Below are positions 18,101-25,721 of a stretch of DNA of 32,000 bases, in pieces; the first letter of the stretch is position 1, and each line of letters opens with the position of its first letter. Position numbers and translations under genes: made by a program. The notes beneath the pieces are model-generated. The model was not told the DNA's origin. It ran no database searches and saw only the letters and a list, made by a program, of their open reading frames with translations. This DNA is from Candidatus Arthromitus sp. SFB-rat-Yit (GTDB lineage Bacteria; Bacillota; Clostridia; Clostridiales; Clostridiaceae): positions 1,320,001 through 1,352,000 of the forward strand of contig NC_016012.1 in assembly GCF_000283555.1 (NCBI RefSeq), written 5' to 3'.

Positions 18101-18376
18101 ACATCTGCTGAAATTGTAATTCATTTCGATCCTTGGTGGAATAATGCTGTTGAAGATCAAGCTACAGATAGAGCTCATAGAATTGGTCAAAAGAACACAA
18201 TTCATGTTATAAAATTAATAACTAAGGGAACTATTGAAGAGAAAATATTTGAAATACAGGAGAGGAAAAATATACTTATCAACTCTATAATAAAAGACAG
18301 TGAACTTGAATACAGTTCAATCTCCAAAATGTCAGTTGAAGATCTTAAAAATTTATTTACGATCGATACATTATAA
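15161..18376 (+). CDS. SWIM zinc-finger + SNF2-family helicase (YwqA/RapA-like)
   Basis: 1071 aa. SWIM motif CSCTYRNTKNDVCKHIVA. SNF2 motifs LADEMGLGKT, DEAQNIKN, LTGTPIEN and helicase-C DPWWNNAVEDQATDRAHRIGQ. Confidence 0.85.
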   Translation: MKKIDIGKITEFSNFNNGNDGITLYKKNKLNMQYYEFTKDGVHVGFDVPSMRNITYTTRIYIVNNTVLNEFYCSCTYRNTKNDVCKHIVASYIFFLNELKDNIKPTLIYDFSQLDKLTTLNEKDILNNADTDYFKVDYFLYLNDIDNILLEIKLISNKTYSISNISEFLNSILSSSPYPINKNTSLNISINSFNEKDRAFLSKLLTIYSLIKINAIIVDNIFFNQYIKLNYYLFENLVDSLDENNLHIKFKHTLFDCCKIIKDDLDISPIISTDNNNNITLSLKTLNIIELFSGKHYFYHDGSIFNTSSSFIKTYNCIKKLVLDNNTSYFTINDDNKNVFLNQIIPKLSLNFNLKISESLSNIISIEECKCKFYIDKVSNDIVIIKVVFRYGNLDINPLDINSLNISILRDYGVENKVLTSLNKLTEYKNSIYYVIKSPDKIIDFKENGISILKNLGEVYYTKKFKQYKLIHSSSYKTSFSIGLNNLLNISFSFDGITNEELYSAIKNIRKGSKYLKLKDKGILNLDNDYLKEINSILKDLNIDEKELKNDSLNIDKYYAFYINDAYSNNFKSIGELNKSENFLKITDDLSNISNIDLSPPKNLNASLRNYQLEGFKWIKTLKEYNLSGILADEMGLGKTLQTIAFLQKEYENNSLGNAIIICPKSLIYNWFDEIKKFAPELKVLIFNGNKNIRSKLLDEFQNYDIILTSYGIIQKDIDVLKLKNFNICIIDEAQNIKNKSSKNTISLKELNVNYKFALTGTPIENSIEELWSIFNFLMPGYLYSYSKFRSIYGDQENYSSSNLNKKISPFILRRLKKNVLTELPPKIETKIMIDLNNEQKKLYYSYINKFKEEFGFENENLNDKNIKFKMLSALTRLRQICCDPKVIFEDYSHGSSKIDTLMDIIDEYIKNNKKIIIFSNFTTVLKIIRDKFIKNNIKYTYLDGSVPSKDRIDIVNDFNQNDYNIFLISLKAGGFGLNITSAEIVIHFDPWWNNAVEDQATDRAHRIGQKNTIHVIKLITKGTIEEKIFEIQERKNILINSIIKDSELEYSSISKMSVEDLKNLFTIDTL

Positions 18377-18415
18377 AAACCTGTAGCAAAAATTAATGCT
18401 ACAGGTTTTTATTTT
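18375..18415. terminator. Bidirectional rho-independent terminator
   Basis: Stem 'aaacctgtagca' (18377..18388) pairs with 'tgctacaggttt' (18397..18408). It is flanked by an A-run upstream and 'ttatttt' downstream, and sits between convergent genes. Confidence 0.85.
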
Positions 18416-18569
18416 AATATACCCTATTTTTCTTTGAAAATTTGGTAAGAGTCAATAATAATCCAGATATTAAAAATATGTTTAATGAAAGTTTACTAAA
18501 AAATAATACAAATAAAGATATAGCAATAATCACACTAAATTTCATCAGGCTATGTAAAATTCGGTTCAT
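18414..18569 (-). CDS. Hypothetical small membrane protein (51 aa)
   Basis: Hand-found: GAGGTG SD, 7 nt, then ATG 18569. The product is MNRILHSLMKFSVIIAISLFVLFFSKLSLNIFLISGLLLTLTKFSKKNRVY, with two hydrophobic stretches. It lies downstream of trpS with no intervening terminator. Confidence 0.35.
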   Translation of the reverse strand: MNRILHSLMKFSVIIAISLFVLFFSKLSLNIFLISGLLLTLTKFSKKNRVY

Positions 18570-18648
18570 TTATATTCACCTCATGAAACTAGTCTAAACA
18601 TTAATGATATTATTAAACCTTGTAAATATTGTGAATATATCCTATTTC

Positions 18649-19641
18649 TTAAATAAATCCAATTTTTTTCTTAACCTTCCTAAGCATTCTATAAGATGCT
18701 TCTATCGCCTTCTCTGCACCATCTTTATATATTTTCTCTAAATAATCTTTATTATCCATAAGCTCTTTAACTCTCTTTTGTATCGTAGAAAGTTCATCTA
18801 TCAGTAAATTTGAAACTTCATTTTTCAAATCTCCATAACCTTTATTTTTAAATCGAGCTACAATATCATAAGTATCCTCTCCTGTTATAGATGAGAATAT
18901 ATTAATTAAATTTTTAATTCCTAATTGATCATCACTATAATTAATGCTCCCTATAGAATCTGTAACACTCCTACTTATTTTTTTCCTTATAATATTTTCA
19001 TCATCAAGGATTTTTATGTATGAATTTTCATTTTCATCGGACTTAGACATCTTCTTATCAGGAGATTGGAGGTTCATTATTCTAGATGATGTTGAACTTA
19101 TATAGGGATCCGGTATTTTAAACGTATCTGAATAAATATTGTTGAATCTTTCTGCAAGATCACGAGCTAACTCTAAATGCTGTTTTTGATCTGATCCAAC
19201 AGGAACAAGATCTGTATTATAAAGGAGTATATCCGCTGCCATTAAAATTGGATATGTAAATAATCCAACAGATATAGATTCACCAGATTTTAATGACTTT
19301 TCTTTATACTGAGTCATCCTAGATGTCTCTCCCATATATGTAAAACAATTTAATATCCAAGAAAGTTCAGAATGAAATGGGACATGAGATTGAATAAACA
19401 ACGTGTTTTTATTTGGATCTATTCCCGATGCAATATAAATTGCTAATGTTTCTAATATCTTTTCCCTAAGTCTTTTGGGTTCTTGTCTTACTGTTATAGC
19501 ATGTAAATCCACAATACAAAAAAAACAATTATACTCAGATTGTAATTTTATCCAATTTTTTATCGCACCAAAATAATTACCAATAGTTAAATCTCCTGAT
19601 GGTTGTATACCACTAAATATATTTTTCATACTATCATTCAA
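18649..19641 (-). CDS. trpS: Tryptophan--tRNA ligase
   Basis: 330 aa. IFSGIQPSGDLTIGNYFGA (HIGH-region equivalent), KMSKS (KKMSKSD) and GSDQKQHLELARD. GGGAGGG SD 7 nt before TTG 19641; ATG 19629 is an alternative start. Confidence 0.95.
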   Translation of the reverse strand: MNDSMKNIFSGIQPSGDLTIGNYFGAIKNWIKLQSEYNCFFCIVDLHAITVRQEPKRLREKILETLAIYIASGIDPNKNTLFIQSHVPFHSELSWILNCFTYMGETSRMTQYKEKSLKSGESISVGLFTYPILMAADILLYNTDLVPVGSDQKQHLELARDLAERFNNIYSDTFKIPDPYISSTSSRIMNLQSPDKKMSKSDENENSYIKILDDENIIRKKISRSVTDSIGSINYSDDQLGIKNLINIFSSITGEDTYDIVARFKNKGYGDLKNEVSNLLIDELSTIQKRVKELMDNKDYLEKIYKDGAEKAIEASYRMLRKVKKKIGFI

Positions 19642-19651
19642 TTTAATTCCC

Positions 19652-19692
19652 TCCCTAAATTAAAAAGAGACCTTATTAAAATAAGATCTCTT
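19652..19692 (-). terminator. Intrinsic terminator / attenuator hairpin between the zinc-ribbon ORF and trpS
   Basis: Minus-strand RNA AGAGAUCUUA-uuuuaa-UAAGGUCUCU (10 bp, one G.U), followed by UUUUUAAUUU. It occupies most of the 58-nt gap, and no promoter-like boxes fit between it and trpS. Confidence 0.55.
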
Positions 19693-19699
19693 CTTAAAA

Positions 19700-19861
19700 C
19701 TATCTTCTTACTTCTCTTCTCTGATTCTTTCTTGCACGTCTGCAATCTGGACATCTTACTGGATCATTTTCAAATCCTTTTTCTTTAAAAAAGTCTTGCT
19801 CTCCTACTGTAAACACAAACTCTTTTCCACAATCTTTACAAGTAATATTTTTATCACTCAC
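19700..19861 (-). CDS. Small zinc-ribbon protein (53 aa, CxxC...CxxC)
   Basis: Hand-found: GAGGAG SD, 8 nt, then GTG 19861. The product is MSDKNITCKDCGKEFVFTVGEQDFFKEKGFENDPVRCPDCRRARKNQRREVRR, stop TAG at 19702..19700. It matches the widespread 'CxDCG..F.FT.GEQ.F...KGF.N.P.RC..CR' zinc-ribbon family as I remember it. The track's + strand ORFs here are antisense shadows. Confidence 0.75.
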   Translation of the reverse strand: MSDKNITCKDCGKEFVFTVGEQDFFKEKGFENDPVRCPDCRRARKNQRREVRR

Positions 19862-19981
19862 GATAAACACTCCTCACGTTCACAGGAATTATTTGAATGG
19901 GACCCTTATCCTCTCATATCAAGAATCTATGAACGAAAGAATGTGTGCCTTAAACCAAATCTATTCCTTTTATTTATTACA
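19862..19981 (-). promoter_or_regulatory. Structured 5' leader of about 120 nt for the zinc-ribbon/trpS unit (class unassigned)
   Basis: Hand folding of the minus-strand RNA gives three elements. An outer helix pairs GGAAU..AUUUG with CAAAU.AUUCC. An inner hairpin is UUCGUUCAUA[GAUUCUUGA]UAUGAGAGGA. The 3' arm AUUCCU can alternatively pair with the SD AGGAGU. Confidence 0.3.
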
Positions 19982-19987
19982 TCTGTA

Positions 19988-20016
19988 ATTATATACTTAA
20001 TTTATAAACAATTCAA
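19988..20016 (-). promoter_or_regulatory. Near-consensus sigma-A promoter for the zinc-ribbon/trpS unit
   Basis: On the minus strand: TTGAAT (20016..20011), a 17-nt spacer, then TATAAT (19993..19988). Confidence 0.6.
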
Positions 20017-20162
20017 TATAAAAATTTATTATTTTTTTATATAAATATAATCATATATTTTATATTTTAAAATTAATTTCTACATATTTTTTATTAATTA
20101 ATAAACACTATATACTTAGTTTATAATAAATATGAAACTTTTATATAAAGAAGGTGTTTAAA

Positions 20163-21233
20163 ATGACATCAACAAAAGAAAAAGACAACAATACATCAGG
20201 TATAGATCTTAATATCTATGAAAAACTTATAAAAGAAGAATCTGATAGATTAAAACAACAAAATGATTCTCTTCAATATAAGCTTTCAATAACGAGTAAT
20301 CTACTTGATATAAGTAAATATCTCAATACTCGTATTGCAAGCGATAATATTTTCAATGTAATAAATGATGTTGCAATAGCTATATTCGGTGTTAAGTATT
20401 CAACAATTATAGTTAAAGAATCTGAAAATACCTATTTAAATATTTCAAATGTAAATAGTAAAAACTATAAAAATTTTAACTTTATGCATAAATTTTTCGG
20501 AGAAGAAACATTTCTAATTTCATGTAAACAAGAATTAAATATAGACTCAATAAAAGAACCTGATTCAAAATCATTACTTGGTTATCCAATATTTTGCAAA
20601 AAAGAATTTGTTGGATATATGATTCTTGAACATCCATATGAGAATTTTTTTGATACTCATAAAGTTCATTTTTTAGGATCTCTTGCAGATCTCTTAGCAA
20701 TGACATATGAAAACTATATGTTATATAAACAATTGGACGAAAAATCTAAAAATGATCCTATACTAAACATTTTAACAAGAGCAGAATTTTTAGATAGAAT
20801 AAATAAAATCATACTTAAAAAACCTCAAAAAGATTTTGCGTTAATTATGATAGATGTAGATAATTTCAAACATATAAATGACTCTCATGGACATATATTT
20901 GGAGATTCTGCTTTAATACAAACAACAAATGTTATAAAAGAACTTTTAGATGAAAATGACATATTTGCAAGATATGGAGGGGATGAGTTTATACTATACA
21001 CTAATTCCTTTGACTCAACAAAAGAACTCATAACAAAAATTGAGAAACTAAGAATGAGTATTGAGAAAAATACCATTGAACTCAATGGATCTAAATCAAG
21101 CATTACTATGAGTTTTGGAATATCTATATATCCATACGATGGTAAAACACTCGATTCTTTATTAAATTTTGCAGATAACATGCTATATATGGCCAAAGAA
21201 AATGGAAAAAATAAAGTAGAAATAAATTTATAA
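20163..21233 (+). CDS. Diguanylate cyclase (coiled coil + GAF-like + GGDEF)
   Basis: RYGGDEF active-site motif, DVDNFKHINDSHGH, and a GAF-like middle region. The preferred start is ATG 20163, 6 nt after AAGAAGGTG. The track's GTG 20154 lies inside that SD. Confidence 0.85.
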   Translation: MTSTKEKDNNTSGIDLNIYEKLIKEESDRLKQQNDSLQYKLSITSNLLDISKYLNTRIASDNIFNVINDVAIAIFGVKYSTIIVKESENTYLNISNVNSKNYKNFNFMHKFFGEETFLISCKQELNIDSIKEPDSKSLLGYPIFCKKEFVGYMILEHPYENFFDTHKVHFLGSLADLLAMTYENYMLYKQLDEKSKNDPILNILTRAEFLDRINKIILKKPQKDFALIMIDVDNFKHINDSHGHIFGDSALIQTTNVIKELLDENDIFARYGGDEFILYTNSFDSTKELITKIEKLRMSIEKNTIELNGSKSSITMSFGISIYPYDGKTLDSLLNFADNMLYMAKENGKNKVEINL

Positions 21234-21237
21234 TTTA

Positions 21238-21266
21238 TTGATGGGCTTATGTGTTGCATGTATAAT
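21238..21266 (+). promoter_or_regulatory. Candidate extended -10 sigma-A promoter for the phosphoesterase-relQ pair
   Basis: TTGATG (21238..21243), a 17-nt spacer ending in TG, then TATAAT (21261..21266). Confidence 0.55.
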
Positions 21267-21299
21267 ATAACTTGCATAGATTTTTAGGGAGTGATTAAT

Positions 21300-21995
21300 T
21301 TGAACTTATTTGCAATATCGGATTTACATTTATCATTTAATTCTGAAAAACCAATGGATATTTTCGGAAAAAAGTGGATTAATCACTTTAATACAATTAT
21401 GGAAAATTGGTTAAAATTAATTTCTGATAATGATGTAGTTTTAATTTGCGGAGATACTTCATGGGCAATGAATATGAAAGAAGTGATTTCAGATCTTAAT
21501 TGGATAGATAATCTTCCTGGTAAAAAAATTATCATAAGAGGTAACCACGATTTTTGGTGGTCTAGTATAAGTAAATTGAACTCTATTTATGAAAATATAA
21601 AATTTATTCAAAATAACTATATTCCATTTAAAAATTACGCAATCTGTGGAAGTCGAGGTTTTAATATAGATATCCTAGACTCTCAAGATAAAGAAAGTCA
21701 TTTAAAAATATTAGAGAGGGAAAAAATAAGAATGAACCTCTCCTTGAGTTCTGCTAAAAAAGATGGATATGAGAAAATAATTTATATGAGTCATTATCCT
21801 CCATTTTCAATAAACAACAGTTCTCTAAATAAAAATATTTTTATGGATGTTTTAAATGAGTATGATGTTGAAATAGTTGTATATGGACATATCCACAGCA
21901 ATTTTGAAAAATTTTATGATAGAGAAATAAATTATACAAAATACTACTTAACATCTTGTGATTATTTAAATTTTATTCCCCTAAGAATCTTATAA
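21300..21995 (+). CDS. Calcineurin-like metallophosphoesterase (COG1768-type predicted phosphohydrolase)
   Basis: Motifs SDLHLS (DxH), CGDTSW (GD), RGNHDFWW (GNHD), SHYPP and YGHIH (GHxH). AGGGAG SD at 21285..21290. TTG 21300 has better spacing than the track's GTG 21291. Confidence 0.75.
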   Translation: MNLFAISDLHLSFNSEKPMDIFGKKWINHFNTIMENWLKLISDNDVVLICGDTSWAMNMKEVISDLNWIDNLPGKKIIIRGNHDFWWSSISKLNSIYENIKFIQNNYIPFKNYAICGSRGFNIDILDSQDKESHLKILEREKIRMNLSLSSAKKDGYEKIIYMSHYPPFSINNSSLNKNIFMDVLNEYDVEIVVYGHIHSNFEKFYDREINYTKYYLTSCDYLNFIPLRIL

Positions 21996-22029
21996 AATTA
22001 TTTATTTTCTAGCTAATAGGTGATATATT

Positions 22030-22824
22030 ATGGCTATAAAACAATGGAGAACCTTTCTTATGCCATACCAACAAGCTGTTGAGGAACTAAAAATTAAATT
22101 TAAAAGTATTCGTAGAGAATTCAAATTTAAAAATGAATATTCCCCTATTGAGTTTGTTACAGGTAGAGTTAAAGAAGTGGCTAGTATACTTGAAAAAGTT
22201 AAGAAATTTAATATTTCTATGGATAGAATAGAATTTGAACTCGAAGATATTGCTGGAATTCGTATAATGTGCCAATTTGTAGACGATATAATGAAAGTAG
22301 TAAACATAATAAGAAAACGTAAAGATTTAACTATTTTATATGAAAAAGACTACATAACAAATGTAAAAGAAAGTGGATATAGAAGTTACCATATTATAAT
22401 CAAATATCCTGTTAATTTATCCATAGGATGCAAAGAAATTATATCAGAAATACAAATTAGAACTCTTGGAATGAACTTTTGGGCAACAGCAGAGCATTCA
22501 CTAAATTATAAATATAAGCAACACATACCTGGTAATTTAAAGACTAAACTTAAACAAGCTGCAGATACAGTGTATAAACTAGACGAATTAATGACACAAA
22601 TAAAAGATGAAATAAGGGATGCTCAAAGATTGTTTGATGTTAAATCACACATAGTTTCAAATATAACTGATGCTTTAACTAGTTTAATATCCTTAGGCGG
22701 AATAAAAGAGTTTACAAATTATCAAATACAACTTACAACACTTATAGAAATTGGAGATATAAATCAATTAAACTCTCTACTACTTAAAATACAGAGAGAT
22801 ATTGATAAATATAAAAAATTTTAA
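22030..22824 (+). CDS. relQ: Small alarmone synthetase ((p)ppGpp synthetase, RelQ/YjbM type)
   Basis: KQWRTFLMPYQQAVEELKIKFK, SPIEFVTGRVK, DIAGIRIMCQFVDDI, GYRSYHIII and EIQIRTLGMNFWATAEHSLNYKY are RelA/SpoT synthetase-domain motifs. They are collinear with B. subtilis YjbM as I recall it. Confidence 0.85.
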   Translation: MAIKQWRTFLMPYQQAVEELKIKFKSIRREFKFKNEYSPIEFVTGRVKEVASILEKVKKFNISMDRIEFELEDIAGIRIMCQFVDDIMKVVNIIRKRKDLTILYEKDYITNVKESGYRSYHIIIKYPVNLSIGCKEIISEIQIRTLGMNFWATAEHSLNYKYKQHIPGNLKTKLKQAADTVYKLDELMTQIKDEIRDAQRLFDVKSHIVSNITDALTSLISLGGIKEFTNYQIQLTTLIEIGDINQLNSLLLKIQRDIDKYKKF

Positions 22825-22860
22825 AGACTCCTAAAAACTATTTAGGAGTCTTAATTTATA
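22824..22860 (+). terminator. Hairpin terminator after relQ (weak U-tract)
   Basis: Stem 'aagactcctaaa' (22824..22835) pairs with 'tttaggagtctt' (22841..22852), followed by 'aatttata'. Confidence 0.55.
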
Positions 22861-22876
22861 ATAACGAGGTTTAATA

Positions 22877-24472
22877 ATGAGTGATTTTATAGATGAAATT
22901 AAGAAGAGAAGAACATTTGGTATAATATCCCACCCAGATGCTGGTAAAACTACACTTACAGAAAAATTATTATTATACGGTGGAGCAATACGACTTGCTG
23001 GATCTGTTAAGGCTCGTAAATCTTCAAAACATGCGGCATCTGATTGGATGGATATAGAAAAACAAAGAGGAATATCTGTTACAAGTTCAGTTCTTCAATT
23101 CAATTACGATGGATTTTGTATAAATATATTAGATACTCCAGGGCACGAAGATTTCTCGGAAGATACATATAGAACACTCGTTGCATGCGACTCTGCTGTA
23201 ATGGTAATAGATGGCTCAAAAGGAATTGAGCTTCAAACTAAAAAATTATTCCACGTATGCTCTATTTTAAACATACCTATTTTTACATTTATAAATAAAG
23301 TCGACCGTGAAATTAAAGATCCATTTGATTTAATGGAAGAAATTGAAAAAGAATTAGGGATAAAATGTTATCCTATGAACTGGCCCATCGGGTGCGGTGA
23401 TAATTTCAAGGGAATATATGAAAGAAATGAAGAAAAAATATATATCTTCTCAAATAAAAATCATGGACAAGATATTATAGATTCCTATGAAGGCAAATAT
23501 ACAGACGAAGTATTTAAAGATATTTTAGGTGATCATCTACACAAAACTTTAATCGAAGATATAGATTTATTAAATATACTAGATACTCAATTTGATCATA
23601 ATAAAGTATTAGATGGTAAACTTACTCCTGTATTTTTTGGATCTGCTATAACAAATTTTGGAGTTGAAATATTTTTAAAAAACTTTCTCAAATATTCTTC
23701 AATGCCACTTAAACGTGAATCTACAATTGGGGATATCTCTCCTACTGAAGACTATTTCTCAGCATTTATATTTAAAATACAGGCAAATATGAATCCAAAA
23801 CACAGAGATAGAATAGCATTTATGCGAATATGCTCAGGAAAATTTGAAAAAGGAATGGAAGTATCACATATACAAAACAATAACAAAATTAAACTTGCTC
23901 AACCCCAACAATTCTTTGCTCAAGAAAAAGAATTCATAGATGAAGCATACGCAGGAGATATAATAGGTGTATTTGATCCAGGTATATTTTCAATCGGTGA
24001 TACTCTAACAACATCAAAAACTCCATTTAAATTTAATGGTATGCCTGCCTTCTCACCAGAATTATTTGCAACTGTTAAACCTGTAAACTCAATGAAGAGA
24101 AAACAATTTTTAAAAGGTATTACTCAAATTTCACAAGAGGGAGCTATACAAGTATTTAAAGAATTTAACTTTGGTATGGAAGAAGTTATAATTGGAGTTA
24201 TTGGAAATTTGCAGTTTGAAGTTCTTGAATATAGATTGAAACATGAATATAATACAGACATTAAAATAAATAAAATTCCATACTCCTTCATACGATGGAT
24301 TGAAAAATTAGATATTCCAATTGATGATTTAAATCTAACTAGCGACACAAAAAAGGCGATAGATTTAAAAGGTAGAAACATATTAATATTTCAAAATAAT
24401 TGGGGAATACAATGGGCTCTTGATAAGAATCCATCAATTGTTTTATCTGATATAGGAAAATTTCAAGATTAA
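22877..24472 (+). CDS. prfC: Peptide chain release factor 3
   Basis: 531 aa. RRTFGIISHPDAGKTTLTEKLLLYGGAI, DTPGHEDF and NKVDRE GTPase motifs in the RF3 arrangement and length. Confidence 0.9.
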   Translation: MSDFIDEIKKRRTFGIISHPDAGKTTLTEKLLLYGGAIRLAGSVKARKSSKHAASDWMDIEKQRGISVTSSVLQFNYDGFCINILDTPGHEDFSEDTYRTLVACDSAVMVIDGSKGIELQTKKLFHVCSILNIPIFTFINKVDREIKDPFDLMEEIEKELGIKCYPMNWPIGCGDNFKGIYERNEEKIYIFSNKNHGQDIIDSYEGKYTDEVFKDILGDHLHKTLIEDIDLLNILDTQFDHNKVLDGKLTPVFFGSAITNFGVEIFLKNFLKYSSMPLKRESTIGDISPTEDYFSAFIFKIQANMNPKHRDRIAFMRICSGKFEKGMEVSHIQNNNKIKLAQPQQFFAQEKEFIDEAYAGDIIGVFDPGIFSIGDTLTTSKTPFKFNGMPAFSPELFATVKPVNSMKRKQFLKGITQISQEGAIQVFKEFNFGMEEVIIGVIGNLQFEVLEYRLKHEYNTDIKINKIPYSFIRWIEKLDIPIDDLNLTSDTKKAIDLKGRNILIFQNNWGIQWALDKNPSIVLSDIGKFQD

Positions 24473-24539
24473 TATATTAATATTTTCTTAATAACTTGTT
24501 AATACTAACCTTATTAAATTTTAAGAGGAGTTGTTTTTT

Positions 24540-24704
24540 ATGGATAAAAAATACGGTCCTAAAATACGTATATCTGATAAAACAGACAAAGCAATTAAAA
24601 ATTATAATAAGGTTAATCACACTAACATTCCTAATCCTAAAACAGATCCAATAGTTGTTAATAATATAGCTTCAATGGAATTTGATTACACCGAAGAAGA
24701 ATAA
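24540..24704 (+). CDS. Hypothetical small protein (54 aa)
   Basis: Hand-found: AAGAGGAG SD, then ATG 24540. The product is MDKKYGPKIRISDKTDKAIKNYNKVNHTNIPNPKTDPIVVNNIASMEFDYTEEE. A strong terminator follows immediately. I recognise no family. Confidence 0.4.
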   Translation: MDKKYGPKIRISDKTDKAIKNYNKVNHTNIPNPKTDPIVVNNIASMEFDYTEEE

Positions 24705-24742
24705 ATGTGCTTTTCATATAAAGCACATTTTTATTTTTTTAT
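24703..24742 (+). terminator. Rho-independent terminator
   Basis: 11-bp stem 'aaatgtgcttt' (24703..24713) pairs with 'aaagcacattt' (24720..24730), followed by 'ttattttttt'. Confidence 0.85.
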
Positions 24743-24776
24743 ATTAAAAATTTTTTAAATAATAATCTATCCTATC

Positions 24777-24804
24777 ACTCTAAAAATACACAAAACATAC
24801 ATTA
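24777..24804 (+). promoter_or_regulatory. Candidate sigma-K-type (late mother-cell) promoter for dpaA
   Basis: AC (24777..24778), a 17-nt spacer, then CATACATTA (24796..24804). This fits the Bacillus sigma-K consensus AC-16/17-CATAnnnTA and lies 40 nt before the dpaA ATG. In AT-rich DNA such a match may arise by chance. Confidence 0.3.
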
Positions 24805-24844
24805 TATACAAAATAAAATATATTTTAAAAGGAGAATATAATTA

Positions 24845-25666
24845 ATGAACTTATTAATTATTGGTGGAGATGAAAGATCCATTGCATTGAAGGATATCCT
24901 AAAAAAAAATAATTTTAATGTTCATTCATCATTTCTAAATGAAAATGAAAAAGATGTTGAAAATTTAAATGATTTCGATATAATTATCCTCCCAATACCA
25001 TTTGAACGTGAATCAAAATTAAATGCCCCATTTTATGATAAAGAAATTAAATCTTCATATACACTAGAGAAATTAAAACATTTTAAAGGAACAATAATTG
25101 GAGGATTTAACAAAAAAAACGAAGAATTCTTCGTAAATGAAAATTTAAATTTTAAAAACATATTAGAAGATGAAAATTTCACATTAATTAACGCTATAAT
25201 AACAGCTGAAGGATCAATAGAAAAATTAATACACGAGAGTTATAAGAGCTTATTTGAATCAAATGTATGCATATTAGGATATGGTCGCATAGGAAAAGCT
25301 CTATCTAGAAGAATGTATTCTTTATGCAACAAATTAACAGTATACAATAATCCATCTATTAATTTAACCTACACAAAAATAGACAATATAAATTCTCATG
25401 AACTTAAATATTTTAAAGATCACGCCCCACAATATAACATAATAATAAATACCATACCTCATTTAATTATAAACAAAGAAATTTTAGATATCATAAATAA
25501 AGATACACTAATATTAGACCTTTCGTCTAACCCTGGAGGTGTTGATTTTTCATACGCTCAAAAACTTGAAATAAAAGTTATACATTACCTAGGTGTACCA
25601 GCTAAAGTTTCAAAATACAGTTCCGCAAATGCAATTTTCAGCTTTCTTTTAAAAACTTTAAAATAA
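24845..25666 (+). CDS. dpaA: Dipicolinate synthase subunit A
   Basis: 273 aa, collinear with SpoVFA as I recall it: LLIIGGDERS, ILPIP, NAIITAEGSIE, ILGYGRIGKALSRRM (Rossmann GxGxxG), INTIPHLI, LILDLSSNPGGVDF and LGVPAKVS. Confidence 0.8.
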   Translation: MNLLIIGGDERSIALKDILKKNNFNVHSSFLNENEKDVENLNDFDIIILPIPFERESKLNAPFYDKEIKSSYTLEKLKHFKGTIIGGFNKKNEEFFVNENLNFKNILEDENFTLINAIITAEGSIEKLIHESYKSLFESNVCILGYGRIGKALSRRMYSLCNKLTVYNNPSINLTYTKIDNINSHELKYFKDHAPQYNIIINTIPHLIINKEILDIINKDTLILDLSSNPGGVDFSYAQKLEIKVIHYLGVPAKVSKYSSANAIFSFLLKTLK

Positions 25667-25721
25667 GTTGAATAATTTAATTGCTTTCTTCTAAGACTAA
25701 ATAGGAAGGAAGTGATTATAA

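Noticed and set aside
19862-19981. T-box or TRAP-binding leader upstream of the zinc-ribbon/trpS unit
   Set aside because: No T-box core (GGUGGnACC) is present, and I found neither a specifier-loop / AGAGA architecture nor the 9-11 regularly spaced GAG/UAG triplets that TRAP needs. It is kept only as an unassigned structured leader.
19603-20044. Track ORFs 19603..19788 (+) and 19796..20044 (+)
   Set aside because: They overlap a minus-strand zinc-ribbon ORF with a good SD and a recognisable CxxC...CxxC family pattern, plus its promoter and leader. The + frames have no SD and a junk-like composition.
20885-22307. Minus-strand ORFs 20885..21277, 22002..22307, 22087..22275 and similar antisense ORFs (13271..13459, 13622..13807, 13820..14065, 15571..15831, 20482..20706, 24124..24381, 9092..9280)
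   Set aside because: Each is embedded antisense in a confidently identified conserved gene. They are a product of AT-rich sequence and have no SDs.
22877-24472. Programmed frameshift in the release-factor gene
   Set aside because: That feature belongs to prfB (RF2). This is RF3, with a single uninterrupted frame.
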